Assembly: GCA_034780895.1 (NCBI GenBank)
Contig: JAUZTB010000076.1
Location: 48,739,475 to 48,803,253, forward strand
Length of the DNA stretch: 63,779 bases
Reading direction: 5' to 3'
From: Rhynchobatus australiae
Taxonomy: Eukaryota
In this document: one piece after another, positions 38,166 to 50,910 of the stretch
Numbering within the stretch: the first letter of the stretch is position 1
How the letters are laid out: every line of letters begins with the position of its first letter
Notes under the pieces: generated by a model
Database searches by the model: none
Told to the model about the DNA's origin: nothing
What the model saw: the letters and a program-made list of their open reading frames with translations, nothing else
Program-made: the position numbers and the translations under genes

Positions 38166-40461
38166 TTTGGATTTCTTGCATCAATTGCTACTTTTAATGC
38201 ATTCTACATTTTAATTAAAAATATTTTTATGGTGCCTATATTAAATATCAATCCTGCCTTTAAATTCCAGTTTTTATAATCACTCAGTATTGAAATCATT
38301 AACTCCTGTAAACAGTCTTCCAATACTCATTGTCTTCAGCGTTTCAATTACATTAGCCCTTAATCTTCACAGTTGCCATAAAAGCAACATTAACTGCGGC
38401 AGAGGAATTGATCATTTCTGCACTTAAATTCTCCACTGCTCCTCATAAGTTTTACCCTTCACAAGAAAAGGCAATCAATTCCTCTTAAGAGACAGCAAGA
38501 AACATGGTGTCAGAGGCATAATCCAGTCTCTCAAATCGTTCATATGAGAGGAGCCATAATCCTTGGTGTCAGCAGCAGTGCGCAGAGGCAAGCAGATTTT
38601 AATTTGACTGCCATACAGATTTTTTGCAACAGTTTCTCGTGATTCAAGCGTTGATAGTACTCAACGCAATTGGTGACAGTATAATTGGCTCACTGAGTCA
38701 CTGTGCACATCCACATTTAGAATAACATCAGATCTTGAAAGAGATTCTACTAGCTGGTAATACTCTTAGAAAAAAATCTATATCTTGACTGAATTACATA
38801 TCAGCAAATAGGGAAAAGAAGTGATACATTATCTTGAACCACTTCTAAAGGAAGAAACAAGGTCATAGTAGATTTAGATAATCAAGCAAAGACACAGCAA
38901 GATTGATCCTGAGTGCAACCTGGTTTCAGTGGAATCTCCTGTAACTCTGACTAATTGTGAGGTTTTAAGTGCAATTGACCTCTTGTCTAGACTGTAAATG
39001 CTTCCACTACTTTCAACGGCCCATGTATTTAGGCAACTCTAAAATTGGCCTGAGAGCTGTTTGAAGTAAAGGTGGAGTTATCCAGGCATCCACAATTTTT
39101 ACAGGGGTTGAGCTGTAAAACTCCTTTGTTAAAACATTCCGTTTAAGCCATTGTTAGAATTATTTTCATTACCAAGTAATCATTTCTTTTAAACAATTTT
39201 GGTGCTACCCGTTGTTTTTGTAAGTTACCCAGCCGTGCAACTACCTCCTAAATCAAAACTAGCGAAGACAGACTGGACAGTACCATCATGCAGAGTATAT
39301 TGTATTTCTAGTTTCTAGTCATCTTCGATATCAGAGAGCATTGCAAGTGGAAATCCCGTTGTAAGGCTGTAAATTGTGTGGATTTGTTTGATTTAATTCC
39401 ACTCATAGATATATGATTTTAATCTGTTCACGTCTCTGTGACTGGATTTGGGTTATCTGAAACCTGTTACTGCCTTAATGCATTCCAGGAAGTCGGACAA
39501 GACAGAGTTGGAAACTAAAACCATCAAAAGTTTAATGTCATTAGCTAAAAATGGATTGGCTAAGGGGGTCTAGGAGTATCAAAAGCAACAGCCCACAGAC
39601 ACATGAAACTTCCGTGAGTCTCCATTTTCAGTTAGCTGCAATCCCACACCTTGTAAATGACTCTGGACTGTAGACAGTCGGTGTTTGATGCTGTCGGCTG
39701 CAGCTGAGCCCCTTGTTGCTGTTTTTTTCATTTTTCCGCAGACACAGTGTCTCTGGTTTGCTTGAAGTGTCTCAGGAGGGGTTCCCGTGCAGAGCCAGCG
39801 CACCCCTGAGGTCACACAGTTTGGCTCGGCTGTCAGTCCCATCACCTGAGTGCTGTCACACTTCCAGAGGTGCATGGAGGTCTCTGGGAACAGACACAAG
39901 TAGAAGAGTCTTCAGAGAACACATCTGCTGTTCCTTCTGCTGTCTGAGCCTTTACGAAAATGAGTCACTGCTGGCTTACTTCAGTAATTTATCATTACAG
40001 ACACATCTTGCTTGCACTTCAAGCAGCGTTGTAACTTCAAACACAGTTGGATGAGTTATTAGGGCCATTGTTCTATGTCTCCAGTTATGAAACATAAAGA
40101 GTCAGTTTTACTCCTACACAATAGTTAGGCGGCTGTTGCGAACGAGCAAGTTTGTTTTTCCCTCAGATCCAGACTGTTGGCAATTGTTACCTGTAGCTTT
40201 CTGCAGGCAGATGAAGCTCCTGGCAAAAGTAGGCCATGCAAATTGGGGTGCCTTCATGTCTGAGGATACCTCGTGGCATTTTGACTGGAGCTGGACCAGT
40301 AAAGCCAACGTGGCTTTTATTTGCTGCATAGGAGCTGACCTCAATAAAACAGAGCTGCTCTTCTGGTGAAACCAGACCTTTCCACCTAGCGGAACTGGGA
40401 TGGTGTGGCCTCCTTTGGCCCCAGACTTTACCTTGTTCCTTTCACAAGTTCAACCACTTAC

Positions 40462-40485
40462 CTGGAACCCCTTGTGGCTAAGACT
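40462..40485 (-). other. Candidate 24-nt microexon on the minus strand
   Basis: Minus strand: tgtccctcttttccacAG|AGTCTTAGCCACAAGGGGTTCCAG|GTaagt. Near-consensus acceptor and donor; length divisible by 3. Confidence 0.3.
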
Positions 40486-41836
40486 CTGTGGAAAAGAGGG
40501 ACACAGTATTTCAATGAGAGCAGGTGGTTAAAATCTCGGTGGCTTCCTGCTTCCTCTGCCTTGCAGGCAATCAACTTGCCAGCGCAGTTCCATGAGGAAC
40601 CATACCTCGAGTTAAAATCCATCAAGTCAACGTGCATTTGAGAAATTGGCAATTCCATATCGATGAGCAGCACTGGTTGGTTCACAGCCTCTGGCCCTAT
40701 CACTGTCACATACACAGCAGGACCTTTGCTGATTGGGTCCAGGATACTATAGGATTGCGGTTTTCAGCTTTGGTACATTCCAGAATGATCGTATCATTGA
40801 ATAGCTGTTCTAAATGTAAGAAAGGAGAAGATACTAAACAAGGAAGCACTGTAAAGTGAATGTGAAACCCAATGCACTCCAGAGTTGCTTGCTCTGTGTA
40901 TTTCTTTCAAGGGTAACATTATTGAATGGGGTGTCATCATTTTCTGTCAGATTAATTGAAGATAAACTACTGGTGTAAAAACAAAATGATGCTAATCACC
41001 AAATGGTGATCCCTGCGCTAAGTTTCCCTACATTTTGCTTTCCAGAGATCCGAGGCAAGAATAGGCTGTGCGCGGATTGTGACTGGATAGTGGAATGACC
41101 TGAAGTTACCCTTGGCGACTGAAAAAGAATGGCTGAAAAAGGTAATTTTTTTCCTAATACAATTCTTTCCTTTTCAGTATTGGTTGACTTTCCAGAGTAA
41201 ATCAAGTAAAGATCTGAGCTGACTGTTTTGGTTCCTGTCGTAAATCTTTTTAAGATTAATGTTTTTGTTTTTATCCTCACCTCTTTGATACAGTGCTGGC
41301 AGGGAAAGTAATCACACTCTGCAAATTGAAAAGGAAGTGAACTGAGTACTTTAAGGGTGTAAAACGGAGATTATAGACTTCTCCATTCTGCTTCCACTTT
41401 AACATTGTCTCCGCCAGATCACTGCACTAAGCCTACATGCAACAAAATGGTTCGAATAGGAAGAGGGAAATGGTGTTTCAAATAAATTGATTTTTCAGGA
41501 GTTGGTTGAAGGCAGTGAAGAGGTGCTGTAGGCATTGATTGAGAGAACAAGGGGGAAAAGAAAGGGAGAAAGTACAGGAGGAAGAGAAACTTACAAATTT
41601 TAAGGAGAGCAGCATTGAAGAGGAAAACAAATCTGTCTGCTAATAGGCACAGCCGTGGGATTATCCCCTCTTGAGATCATGTTACCCATTCTATCCACAA
41701 GACAGGACAGGCATTCAGGAGGTGAAGAACATAAACGGAAATTGGAATATGTGAAAATCATCAGTTTATATAATTGTTTAATCCAATGCAGAGCAAATTA
41801 TTCTAAAAATATTACTGTTCCTTACTTGTACCTTAC

Positions 41837-42175
41837 CATGAGGGGCACAGGTAGGGTGGATGTGCAGTCTTTTTTTTAATCGGGGTTGGGGAATCAAGAA
41901 CTAGAGGACATAGGTTTAGGGTGAGAGAGGAGAGATTTAATAAGAACCTGAGGGGCAACTTTTTCACCCAGAGGGCGGTCGCTCTACGGAAGGAGCTACC
42001 AGAGGAAGTGTTTGAAGCAGGTACATTAGCAACATTTAAAAGGCACTTGGACAGGTACATGGAAAGGAAAGGTTCAGCGGGGTATGGGCCAAACACGGGC
42101 AAATGGGATGAGAGATGGGAATCTTGGTCGGCGTGGACCATTTGGGCTAAAGAGCCTGTTTCCGTGCTGTATGAT
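41837..42175 (+). mobile_element. CR1 (HER1-like) 3' fragment, well preserved
   Basis: ORF 41921..42205 reads ERFNKNLRGNFFTQRAV...KELPEEVFEAGTLATFKRHLDRYM; tail gggctaaagagcctgtttccgtgctgtatga. Closely similar to 1590-1930. Confidence 0.92.
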
Positions 42176-44038
42176 ACTAAAAGCAGTTGCTGGGACTTAA
42201 TTTAAGATATGCAATGGCCATTTGTTACAAAAAATGTATTTTGTAACAGAGCTGGATAAACTGTGGTAACCAAGGAATGGAATTATTATTTACAGGGCTT
42301 GCTTTGGACCCTAACTGTTGCGACTCAGGCTCTCCCTTATTGTTTTCAATCAGTTTGAAGCTAGCATTAGGCTTTGCTAGGCCGATATCATTGTTGGTCA
42401 ACGCTAAGTAAATAGGAATAGAAGCAATTGAATGGTTCTGCTGTATGGCATGAAGAAGTAATGGCATATTGTCATTTGAGCATGATGGAGGAATGTAACT
42501 GGCCTTTATGTCAAGGTACCTGCTCCTGATGACTATCCGATGGATCCTGCTAAATGATACATGAGTGGATGTTGGGAAAGGTTTGGCACTATTTCCTTTA
42601 AGGCTGAATTGGCCAAAAATGCTGGTATTCTGCACACACAGAACGGCTTCTCGGAGTGAGTATTGCAAGGCCGATCGTCAGCAGAAGTCTACACCTCACG
42701 CTTCCACAAACGGGGAGCAAGAGACTGACAAAATGAATAACCTGTCAGCGGTTTCTGTGTGATTTTAATCTGTCACTTATTTCCACAAATGTAATGATCT
42801 AGGGATGGGAAGTGGTACTTTTAAGCACTGAAGATATGGAATATGCATTCCTTTTCAGCACCCCAGGGTAATAATAGAAGCACATGAGGGAATTAGAAGG
42901 ACATTTCAGTTCTACTAAAATAGCATACTTCTTCATATTTTGCCACTGAATGAATAATTTAGTGCAATATATTTCAAATTCCTTACAAAATTGTTACTTA
43001 AAGCAAAGAAGGTGAAATCCATTGTCTTAATTGCAATGTATTAAGCTTATAAGTTTAAGTAGAGCCAGCACTTGAAGGAGAAACAAAGCACACAGTGACT
43101 ACTGGAAACAGAAAGGTATGGTTTCTGTTTAAGGTAAAGACCTTGGTGCATTACAAAAGACAGTTCCTCCAGAGGTATTTTTCACATTGGCATTTTGAAT
43201 GCTTAGTTTAGCCATGATTCTATATAGACAGCTCCATAAAGAACTTAGTTTGTTTGCACCCTTCTTTAAGTTGCCCATCCTTTCAATAACGATTTATGTG
43301 TGCTTATTTATTCACTGCAAAACAAATGACAGTCTGAACAGTGTAAAATACCTCCAGGCCAAAGATATGAACTGATCAGTGCAAAGACCCGGCATAAGGA
43401 AAGGATGAGATCATTAGCTGACAAATTGTGGGAATAGGCCACTGAAGTAGAATGGGCCCATATTATTTTGGGCCTAAATATTACATCATTTCAGCCCAAG
43501 TTCATGGTTTTATAAAAAGGGTCTCACACAATTGCAGTGTCATCATTATAATTTTGCACTAATGATGCATCTATCATCTCTCCGATTTATCCAAGCCCTC
43601 TGCAGGCCATTTAGCAGCTGTAAAATAATCATCAAGCTGAGAAGATCACTGACTGGTAGAAACTGTCTGGTAGAGAAGTTAACTAAGACTTCCTTGCATG
43701 AGGGTCTAATATATATTTAATGCCAACATTTTTGAAATTGTTAAAGTAAGCATCTCCCTCCTAAAGCAGCTCACTGTGGCATTAGTCCCATCTGCCTGCA
43801 CTACTGCTTGATGGGGATATTAAAGATCCCAAGCCTCAAATTAGAGACCAAGGACATTATTGCAGCATCCCAACGCATTCCTTATTCAATGGGAACTTCC
43901 AAAACATGCAATTAATGCAGAATTATTCTAAATGTTACTTCTGCCTTTCGACCATGCAAGAACTGCATTTCTATATTTGCCTTCCGAACAGCCATCACTA
44001 ACAAGTGCCATACCATCCAATACCATCCTGAGCCATAC

Positions 44039-44135
44039 CAGTGCTATACCATCGTGTCCACTAACAAATGCCATACCATCTAATGTAATTAATTGCATTG
44101 GTGGTATGGTATTTGTTAGTGGGCAGAGAGCACTG
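44039..44135 (+). repeat. Long imperfect inverted repeat (hairpin) preceded by ATACCA-motif tandem units
   Basis: 44055-44090 tgtccactaacaaatgccataccatctaatgtaatt pairs with 44091-44125 aattgcattggtggtatggtatttgttagtgggca. Outer stem cagtgct (44039-44045) pairs with agcactg (44129-44135). Confidence 0.85.
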
Positions 44136-45099
44136 ATTGTGAGATATCCACAGACAAGAGCATTCACTAGAATTTACACATGAGCTACTGTCACTTGTTG
44201 AATTTTTTGATTTACTTACAATCCAGGAATTCAGCAACACTGCCCCTTGGAATACAATTACGATGGAGAAGAACGAAAAATATTTGTCTCTTATTCACAT
44301 AGTAATGCTGAGTTTTGAAATTTAGGGATGAAATTTCTAATTTCTCACGACTTGGTACAAATCCAGAAACAGCAATGTAAGTTGTGCCCTCTCAGGTTCT
44401 GATATTCTGTCCACTAAAATGACTGGACAGAAAACCATAAGCCAGGAGGGGAATGTGGGCTCCAGGCATGTGTCGAGAATCAGCTCATCAGAATCTTTTG
44501 CCTTTGGACTATAAACTCTCCACTTGCAGCAAAATGCCAAAAAAAATCAGCATTACAGTTTGACTGTGGAAATCTTTTCTGAATGCTTCTCGTTTAAATG
44601 GAAGTAACCGTACAATAAACTGGTGCATTGACATTTTATTGCCGTGCACATTGCCTAAGTGCAATGGTTTGACATCTTGTTTCTACTAGCTTGGACTTGG
44701 GCATTTTTTTTGAAGTAAGGCAAAGGGCAAGCAGCCAACTAGTTACACAACAGAATTAGTAATGATCTCTCTCCTACAGACAGCGGAAATGTTCAACTAT
44801 TGTACTTAGGCGTACATAAGTATCCTACAAGAGAAAATGTGAGTCAGTACCTTTTCAAATCCTCACTTACACGAATGTGCCCATTTTCAAGCTAATCTGA
44901 ATCACAAAATTAGCGTGAACTCCCTTCACTGACACCTCAAACACTGCTTGAAACTCATGCTGCATCCATCCAACCTTAAAACCATTAACTTGTACCATTC
45001 AAATCATCCTTGTACTTCAAGTCTTAATTTTTCAGAAGAATCTTTAAAGCAAAGTCTCTTATGCTCTCTCAGGTAGTTTTAAAAATCTCTGGCACTATT

Positions 45100-45310
45100 T
45101 TGAAAAGCGCAGTTCTCTTTGTCCTTGTTAACATGTATTCCTCAGTCAACACCACTAAACAAACTGACTAGTTATCACATTGTTCTTTGTGGGATCTGTG
45201 GTGTATGCAATAGGGCTGCCACATTTCCTACATTACAACAGTAATTACACTTCAAAGGTAGCTGTAAAGCCGAGATCATTAAAGATGCAACATAAATGGG
45301 AGCTTTGCTT
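45100..45310 (+). mobile_element. Deu-domain SINE 3' half
   Basis: cctcagtcaacaccactaaac...tttgtgggatct...ggctgccacatttcctacattacaacagt...acacttcaaa...gctgtaaagc. Confidence 0.6.
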
Positions 45311-45601
45311 TCATAAATGTGCGGCCTACTGTTTGCATCCTTTCAGACTAAGAAAGTGCTTCGGCCTCGATTATGTGACCTCTGGGGCCACCCATTACAG
45401 GGGTTATGGCAAATTACAAGCCATAATTAGTGCCTTGTATCAAAATCAAATGCGTGGAATCCAGAAGTATGGCATCATTAACATAAATTGGCTGTTAATG
45501 AATTCAAAGAGGAATTTAGGAGAAACTTACTTACCCAGAGCACTTGGAAAGTCGAACAATCTAATACAGAAGGAATATAGCACAATGCACATTCTTAATT
45601 C

Positions 45602-45790
45602 AAAGATGTGCAGGGTGGTAGATAGATTGGCCACTGAAAATTGCCCCTAGAGTGTAGGTGGGTGGAGGAATTTCAGAGGAGTTGATGGAAATGTGGGGAG
45701 AATGAAATAGGATTGGTGTAAGATTAGTACGAATGGGTGCTTGATGGTCAGCATGGACTCGATGGGCTGAAAGGCCAGTTTCCACGCAGG
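45602..45790 (+). mobile_element. HE1-like V-SINE, 5'-truncated, with CR1-type tail
   Basis: aaagatgtgcaggg...attggccactgaaaattgcccctag...ggtcagcatggactcgatgggctgaaaggccagtttcc. The tail matches the CR1 ends at 1890 and 42125. Confidence 0.8.
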
Positions 45791-47424
45791 ACTATGTGGG
45801 AATTAATAGTAATGTAGATGATTAAGGCTGTTTCTGATTCATCTATGCAAAGTCACATCACAATCAGAGATGCTAGAGCTTATCAGCCTGATACCAGACC
45901 TAACAATTTGTTCAAAATTGGATACTAAGACAAAGTGGCATCACAAATCATCCATTGCTTTCAGGTTCTCAGTACAAGAGTGACTCACAAATGCATTGTC
46001 CTACACAACAGGCAAAATGATCCAAAAAGCAAGGATGCATAAAGCAAAAGATTTAAAGTTATTTGTTACAGCATGTTAGGTCAGTGTACGTAAGTTGACA
46101 TTGAAGTTAGTATTTTAAGTGATAGGCTATAGTTAAAATTATATTTGGGACTTCTCGTCATACTGAACATATCATAGAATCAAAGCTTCTCCTGCCACCC
46201 AGCAAGTATTAAATAGGTCATTTTAATCTGCTTCTGCTGTGCATTCATGCCAGAGTTTTATCAGAGCATTGGGCTAGAAACATTCTCATATGGTGCAGTC
46301 AAGCTGAAAGAGGCTTTTCCACCTGAAGGGAGAAGAGCAAAAAAAAAGTGCATAAGCCTTTTGAAATATGGGGTGGGGTAGAAATATGCCAGCCTTGCAC
46401 TGATACCATTGCTAACCCTTCTCGGAAAGTGCAACAAACTCTGTAAAATGGAAGAGAAGGAACAGAACCCATTTGTTGGAACAAAATTAACACACAAATA
46501 ATGAATTTTTAAACACTGTGCAAGAGGTATTAAATTTAACTCCCAAGCTGCTTTGAGCTTTGGACATTTGGTGGAGGAAGAAGATGGTGGCAGACGAATC
46601 GGACATTGTATGTACACCCTGCTACGTAGATTAAGCAGCAGCACTGATTTGCTTCTACCCAGTGGCTCTGGGCAGAATTGCCCCACTCTCCCGACCGGGA
46701 GTCGAGGACCAGCAATCTCAACCCTGAGGAAAAGCTTGTCTGAATCAGTCCAGATGGCTTTTCTTAGATAACAGTACAGCAGATGTTAATCAACTGGTAT
46801 TGTTTATGGTTTTTTTTGGTTTTATTCTTGTTGAACTGAGGAAGGAAGAGGAATAAATAATCATCTTTGACATCATTCAATGACTAGAACCTTGCTGCTG
46901 ATGTCTTCAGAGTAGAATTTGGATTATAGAAAGGAAAATTAACAACAATACTATTTAAACAAAAAATTATTTTTAAAGTATTTTAAATTTTTATTTGGCT
47001 GTCAGGAGGGCACTGAATGTTTCTTGTTTTTGAAGAAGTGAACTTCCTACTTGACAACCCAATTTCTTTGTGTGAATGCTACATAGAGTTTAGAGCAGAG
47101 AAGTAGGCTAAGGGGCCTGTCTGCTGGTCCTTATCTACAGAAGCCTCTTCTGCCTTTATTCTCACCTTCTGTATATACCCTTCACTGATGCTGATGTATT
47201 AATTGCTGCATTATGCCTCCATGAGGTGTTTTCACATACTTTATTGGAAAGATACTGCTGTTGACCTTCTTTCTGACACATACTTGGGATCTATTTCCAT
47301 TGATATTAGTCATAAAGTGGGAATTAACATGCAGCTAAAGTATTGAAGACCCAACTACATGGACTAAGTCAGTTTGGTCCACTCTTGATTAACTTCTCTG
47401 TCAAACTTATGTGCTAAGCCCTGG

Positions 47425-47735
47425 GAGAAACAGTAGAAGTCCTTCCTCAAAGCTCCAACAACCCAGGTTCAGCCCTTATCTCCAGCATTATCTGTACATT
47501 CTCCATTGACCACAGGGGTTTCCCCCTGGGTGCTCTGGTTTCCTCCCACATGCCAAAGACGTGCAGCTCGGGAGGTTAATTGGCCACCATAAATAGCCGC
47601 TAGTTTGTAGGCATGTGGTAGAATCTGGGGAGAGTTGATGGGAATGTAGTGAGAATAGGTTACAGGGAAAATTAGTGGGGAATGACGGTGCTCAGTGAGT
47701 TGGCATAGCCTGGATGGACTGAAATGGCCTCCTGT
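47425..47735 (+). mobile_element. HE1-like V-SINE, near full length, decayed
   Basis: B-box remnant acccaggttc, V-domain ggtttccccctgggtgctctggtttcctcccacatgccaaagacgtg, tail gatggactgaaatggcctcct. Confidence 0.85.
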
Positions 47736-47919
47736 GATGGAAGGAAATAGAGGTCTGACCTCTTTTGATTCAGTATGCTCGGAAGAATTCTCTCCACCTG
47801 AAAATGTCAAGAGCAACAGAGTAATGGATGTATAAAACAAAAGAAAATACTATCATAATAATGAATAACTTGAAATTAGAGAATTGTCTTTAATGTGCAA
47901 CAGATGTAACGGACTATTG

Positions 47920-48102
47920 AGACTAGTTCTGGGCATCAAACCTTAGGAAGGATATGTTATACTTTGCTGCATTACCTCAGACGTTTAACAGAGTGATACC
48001 TACACTCCCAAGAGTGGAACTATACCATTTCACAAACTATTTGCTGCAATTTAGAAGGCTGGAGAGGATTCTTTTAAGATATGAGTGGGAACTGTGATAG
48101 GG

Positions 48103-48135
<33 letters not shown>

Positions 48136-48445
48136 TTCCTGCTTGTTGGGCTATTTAGGGCTTGGGCAAATGTCTATTAATTGGAGGCCTTCTTTCAGGA
48201 GTGAAGGGACTGCCACATAGAGGGTGAGGGAGGTTTAGAAATCGCTTCTGTGGATGGCAATTGATGCCAGGCCATTTGCTAATTTTAACTTCGAGCTTTA
48301 TAGATTTTCAACGAGCTTTATAGATTTTCAATCAGGAATATGTAGATATAGTGAGCACGTGGATTAAGTAACTGATTAGCCATGGTCTTATTAAATTGTA
48401 GAACAGGCCGACTGGGCCAAATAATCTGCCAAGTTCTATGCTCCT
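47920..48445 (+). mobile_element. Old CR1 3' fragment
   Basis: Reads FWASNLRKDM; tail ttagccatggtcttattaaattgtagaacaggc...gggccaaat. Contains (GA)14 and a perfect 20-bp tandem duplication (48292-48331). Confidence 0.6.
48103..48130 (+). repeat. (GA)14 microsatellite
   Basis: Perfect dinucleotide run. Confidence 0.95.
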
Positions 48446-50749
48446 TCTCATAGCATGGAGGGGTGAAATCAATGTTATTTAACATTTCTTGGAATTGGCC
48501 TCAAGGTTAATATGTAGATAAAGTAAAGTTATAGCTCTGGGTATGCCTACCCAAAGGTATTTCAACAGGGGTGTGGGGTTTACCATTTTCTGGAAGGTAA
48601 TCTATGCTGTGAGCTGGTATAGTAGTATCCTCTTTTCTGGCTGAAAGAAGTTTAGAACAGCTTTAAACCAGCATCCCATCCCTGCAGTGGGCACAACCCT
48701 GACACTTGGCACAACTGGCATGAATTGTGTGCTTTCNNNNNNNNNNNNNNNNNNNNNNNNNNNNNNNNNNNNNNNNNNNNNNNNNNNNNNNNNNNNNNNN
48801 NNNNNNNNNNNNNNNNNNNNNNNNNNNNNNNNNNNNNNNNNNNNNNNNNNNNNNNNNNNNNNNNNNNNNNNNNNNNNNNNNNNNNNNNNNNNNNNNNNNN
48901 NNNNNNNNNNNNNNNNNNNNNNNNNNNNNNNNNNNNNNNNNNNNNNNNNNNNNNNNNNNNNNNNNNNNNNNNNNNNNNNNNNNNNNNNNNNNNNNNNNNN
49001 NNNNNNNNNNNNNNNNNNNNNNNNNNNNNNNNNNNNNNNNNNNNNNNNNNNNNNNNNNNNNNNNNNNNNNNNNNNNNNNNNNNNNNNNNCACCTTGCATT
49101 GCCTTGATGTCACACACAAGATTACAAGTCAAAGGTGCACCCAGTGCAAGAGGTGATGATAGCAGAGTTCATGTTTTTCAGTGAAGATGATGATAGGGAC
49201 TTTGATTCCTCCTCCTCTTCCCCTTGGTAAATATGGAGGCTGGGCCTGTGTTACTTCAGAGTAGAGGCTAAAAGCATATCAAGATCTAAGTTGATGTGAT
49301 GGTTCTCTTTGTGATGATTAGAAAAGAAACATCCAGAGAATTTCAAAAGCAATGTGGAAGATTTAACTTAATGAACCAAAAAACCTTTATAATGAGTATG
49401 ATTATAGTTTTATTGTGCAGAATATCTCTATCACATCTTCCCAGATTTTTTTAAAATATCATTGTGAGAAATTGTCATGTGTTGTGACAGTCTTTTCAGT
49501 TGAAACAAACTGAGTAACAGGAAAAGCAATTTTGGAAGAGGAATCATCATCACCAGAATGAAGTACAGCATCATGATTTTAGATTTGCACTACTTGATAG
49601 CCTGCTTTTCATCTGTGAGAAAGTCAGCATTATATTCCAAAGAAAATATTGTGACTCACACAAAGTTGGATGGTTGTATCCTTTAACATTTCAATGATGC
49701 TCAATTAGTAGGTCCACTTGCTGCCTCACTCTTCAGTTTGAGTTTGTTCCAGTTTCATCATGCAGCTTGACAGGTTTAATTTCAATACAGATTTCCATGT
49801 TCAGACATTGAGCATACTCTGCAACATCTTACAGTCGCAATTAGTCTAATCTCGCAGATCAAAGGAAGCAGACTGCTGCAAAGCGAGAAAGCCTAGGGTG
49901 CAATTAATGATGGGCAGCTAATCCACTTGAGAAATTACTCCAGTCAGAAACTAATTCTTTGTACTTTGAAGTCATGTTCCTTTGCAAAATTGGTCAGCAC
50001 ACCTCTTTTTATTCCATTAAAGTGTTTCAGTGCCATTCCCTGAGAATCAATTGGGTGATTTCTACCACTTAAAGAATATTGATGAACATTTTCTCCACAT
50101 TTACTCAGTGTTGAACGAGCCATTGTAAGGATGGTTAATATATAGGCTTTTTACAGGCATTACTCTTCCAGTTCAATGTGTTAACTCTTGGTATAATTTT
50201 TCTCAATCATTTTATATATGTTTATTTTCACTTGCATAATTTCCAGAATAATTTTTTTTGATAGAAATGGAGGGCGCAAAAAGAAAATGGTTGGCTTAAA
50301 AGTTAGCTCTGCTCCCTCTAGTGTATTATTTTGATTTAGAGTGGAGAAGACAGACATAATTACTTCGAAAATCAACAATTGAACCATATTGACCCATCTC
50401 ACAGATATGAGGCTGAGCAGTCCCTCTCTTAATTTGTTTCCTATGATCTGGTTACATTCCCTCCTCCCCCTGACTCCCTAAGTAAGTTTTGTATCGGGAG
50501 AAATTTCACTGAGGATCAACAGGTGTACTATTATAACATACTGTGTGATTACATTCAGTTACCATTTACCTGCTAAAAACAGAAATCTTACTGGTACACA
50601 AGTCTTAAAAGTCTTAAAGTTGCTGTATGCAAAGTACCTACAAAAATATCAAAGTTCCACTGTTTGATAGCATGCCCTAGTTTGCATTCAATACTTTCTG
50701 TGCAAATAGTTTCCCAGAAACTAGGGCACTTACAAAGTAACAGACTCTT

Positions 50750-50910
50750 GCAACATGGAAGTCTATTCGAACCATCTTCCCCATGTTTGTTAAGAATGAC
50801 CTATCCAGCTCTGGATTTTTTTTTTACTTCCAAGTGCATTGTAAATTCCCTTTTGAAAGTCACTGTTGAACCTGTATCCATCACCCTGCATGGGAACAAT
50901 TTTCACTAAT
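50750..50910 (-). mobile_element. CR1 3' remnant
   Basis: aattcccttttgaaagtcactgttgaacctgtatccatcaccct is the reverse complement of the CR1 V.EAxSxxxFKRELD region. Confidence 0.5.

Noticed and set aside
45180-45650. 156-aa ORF
   Set aside because: It overlaps two SINE remnants and shows no homology; a chance ORF.
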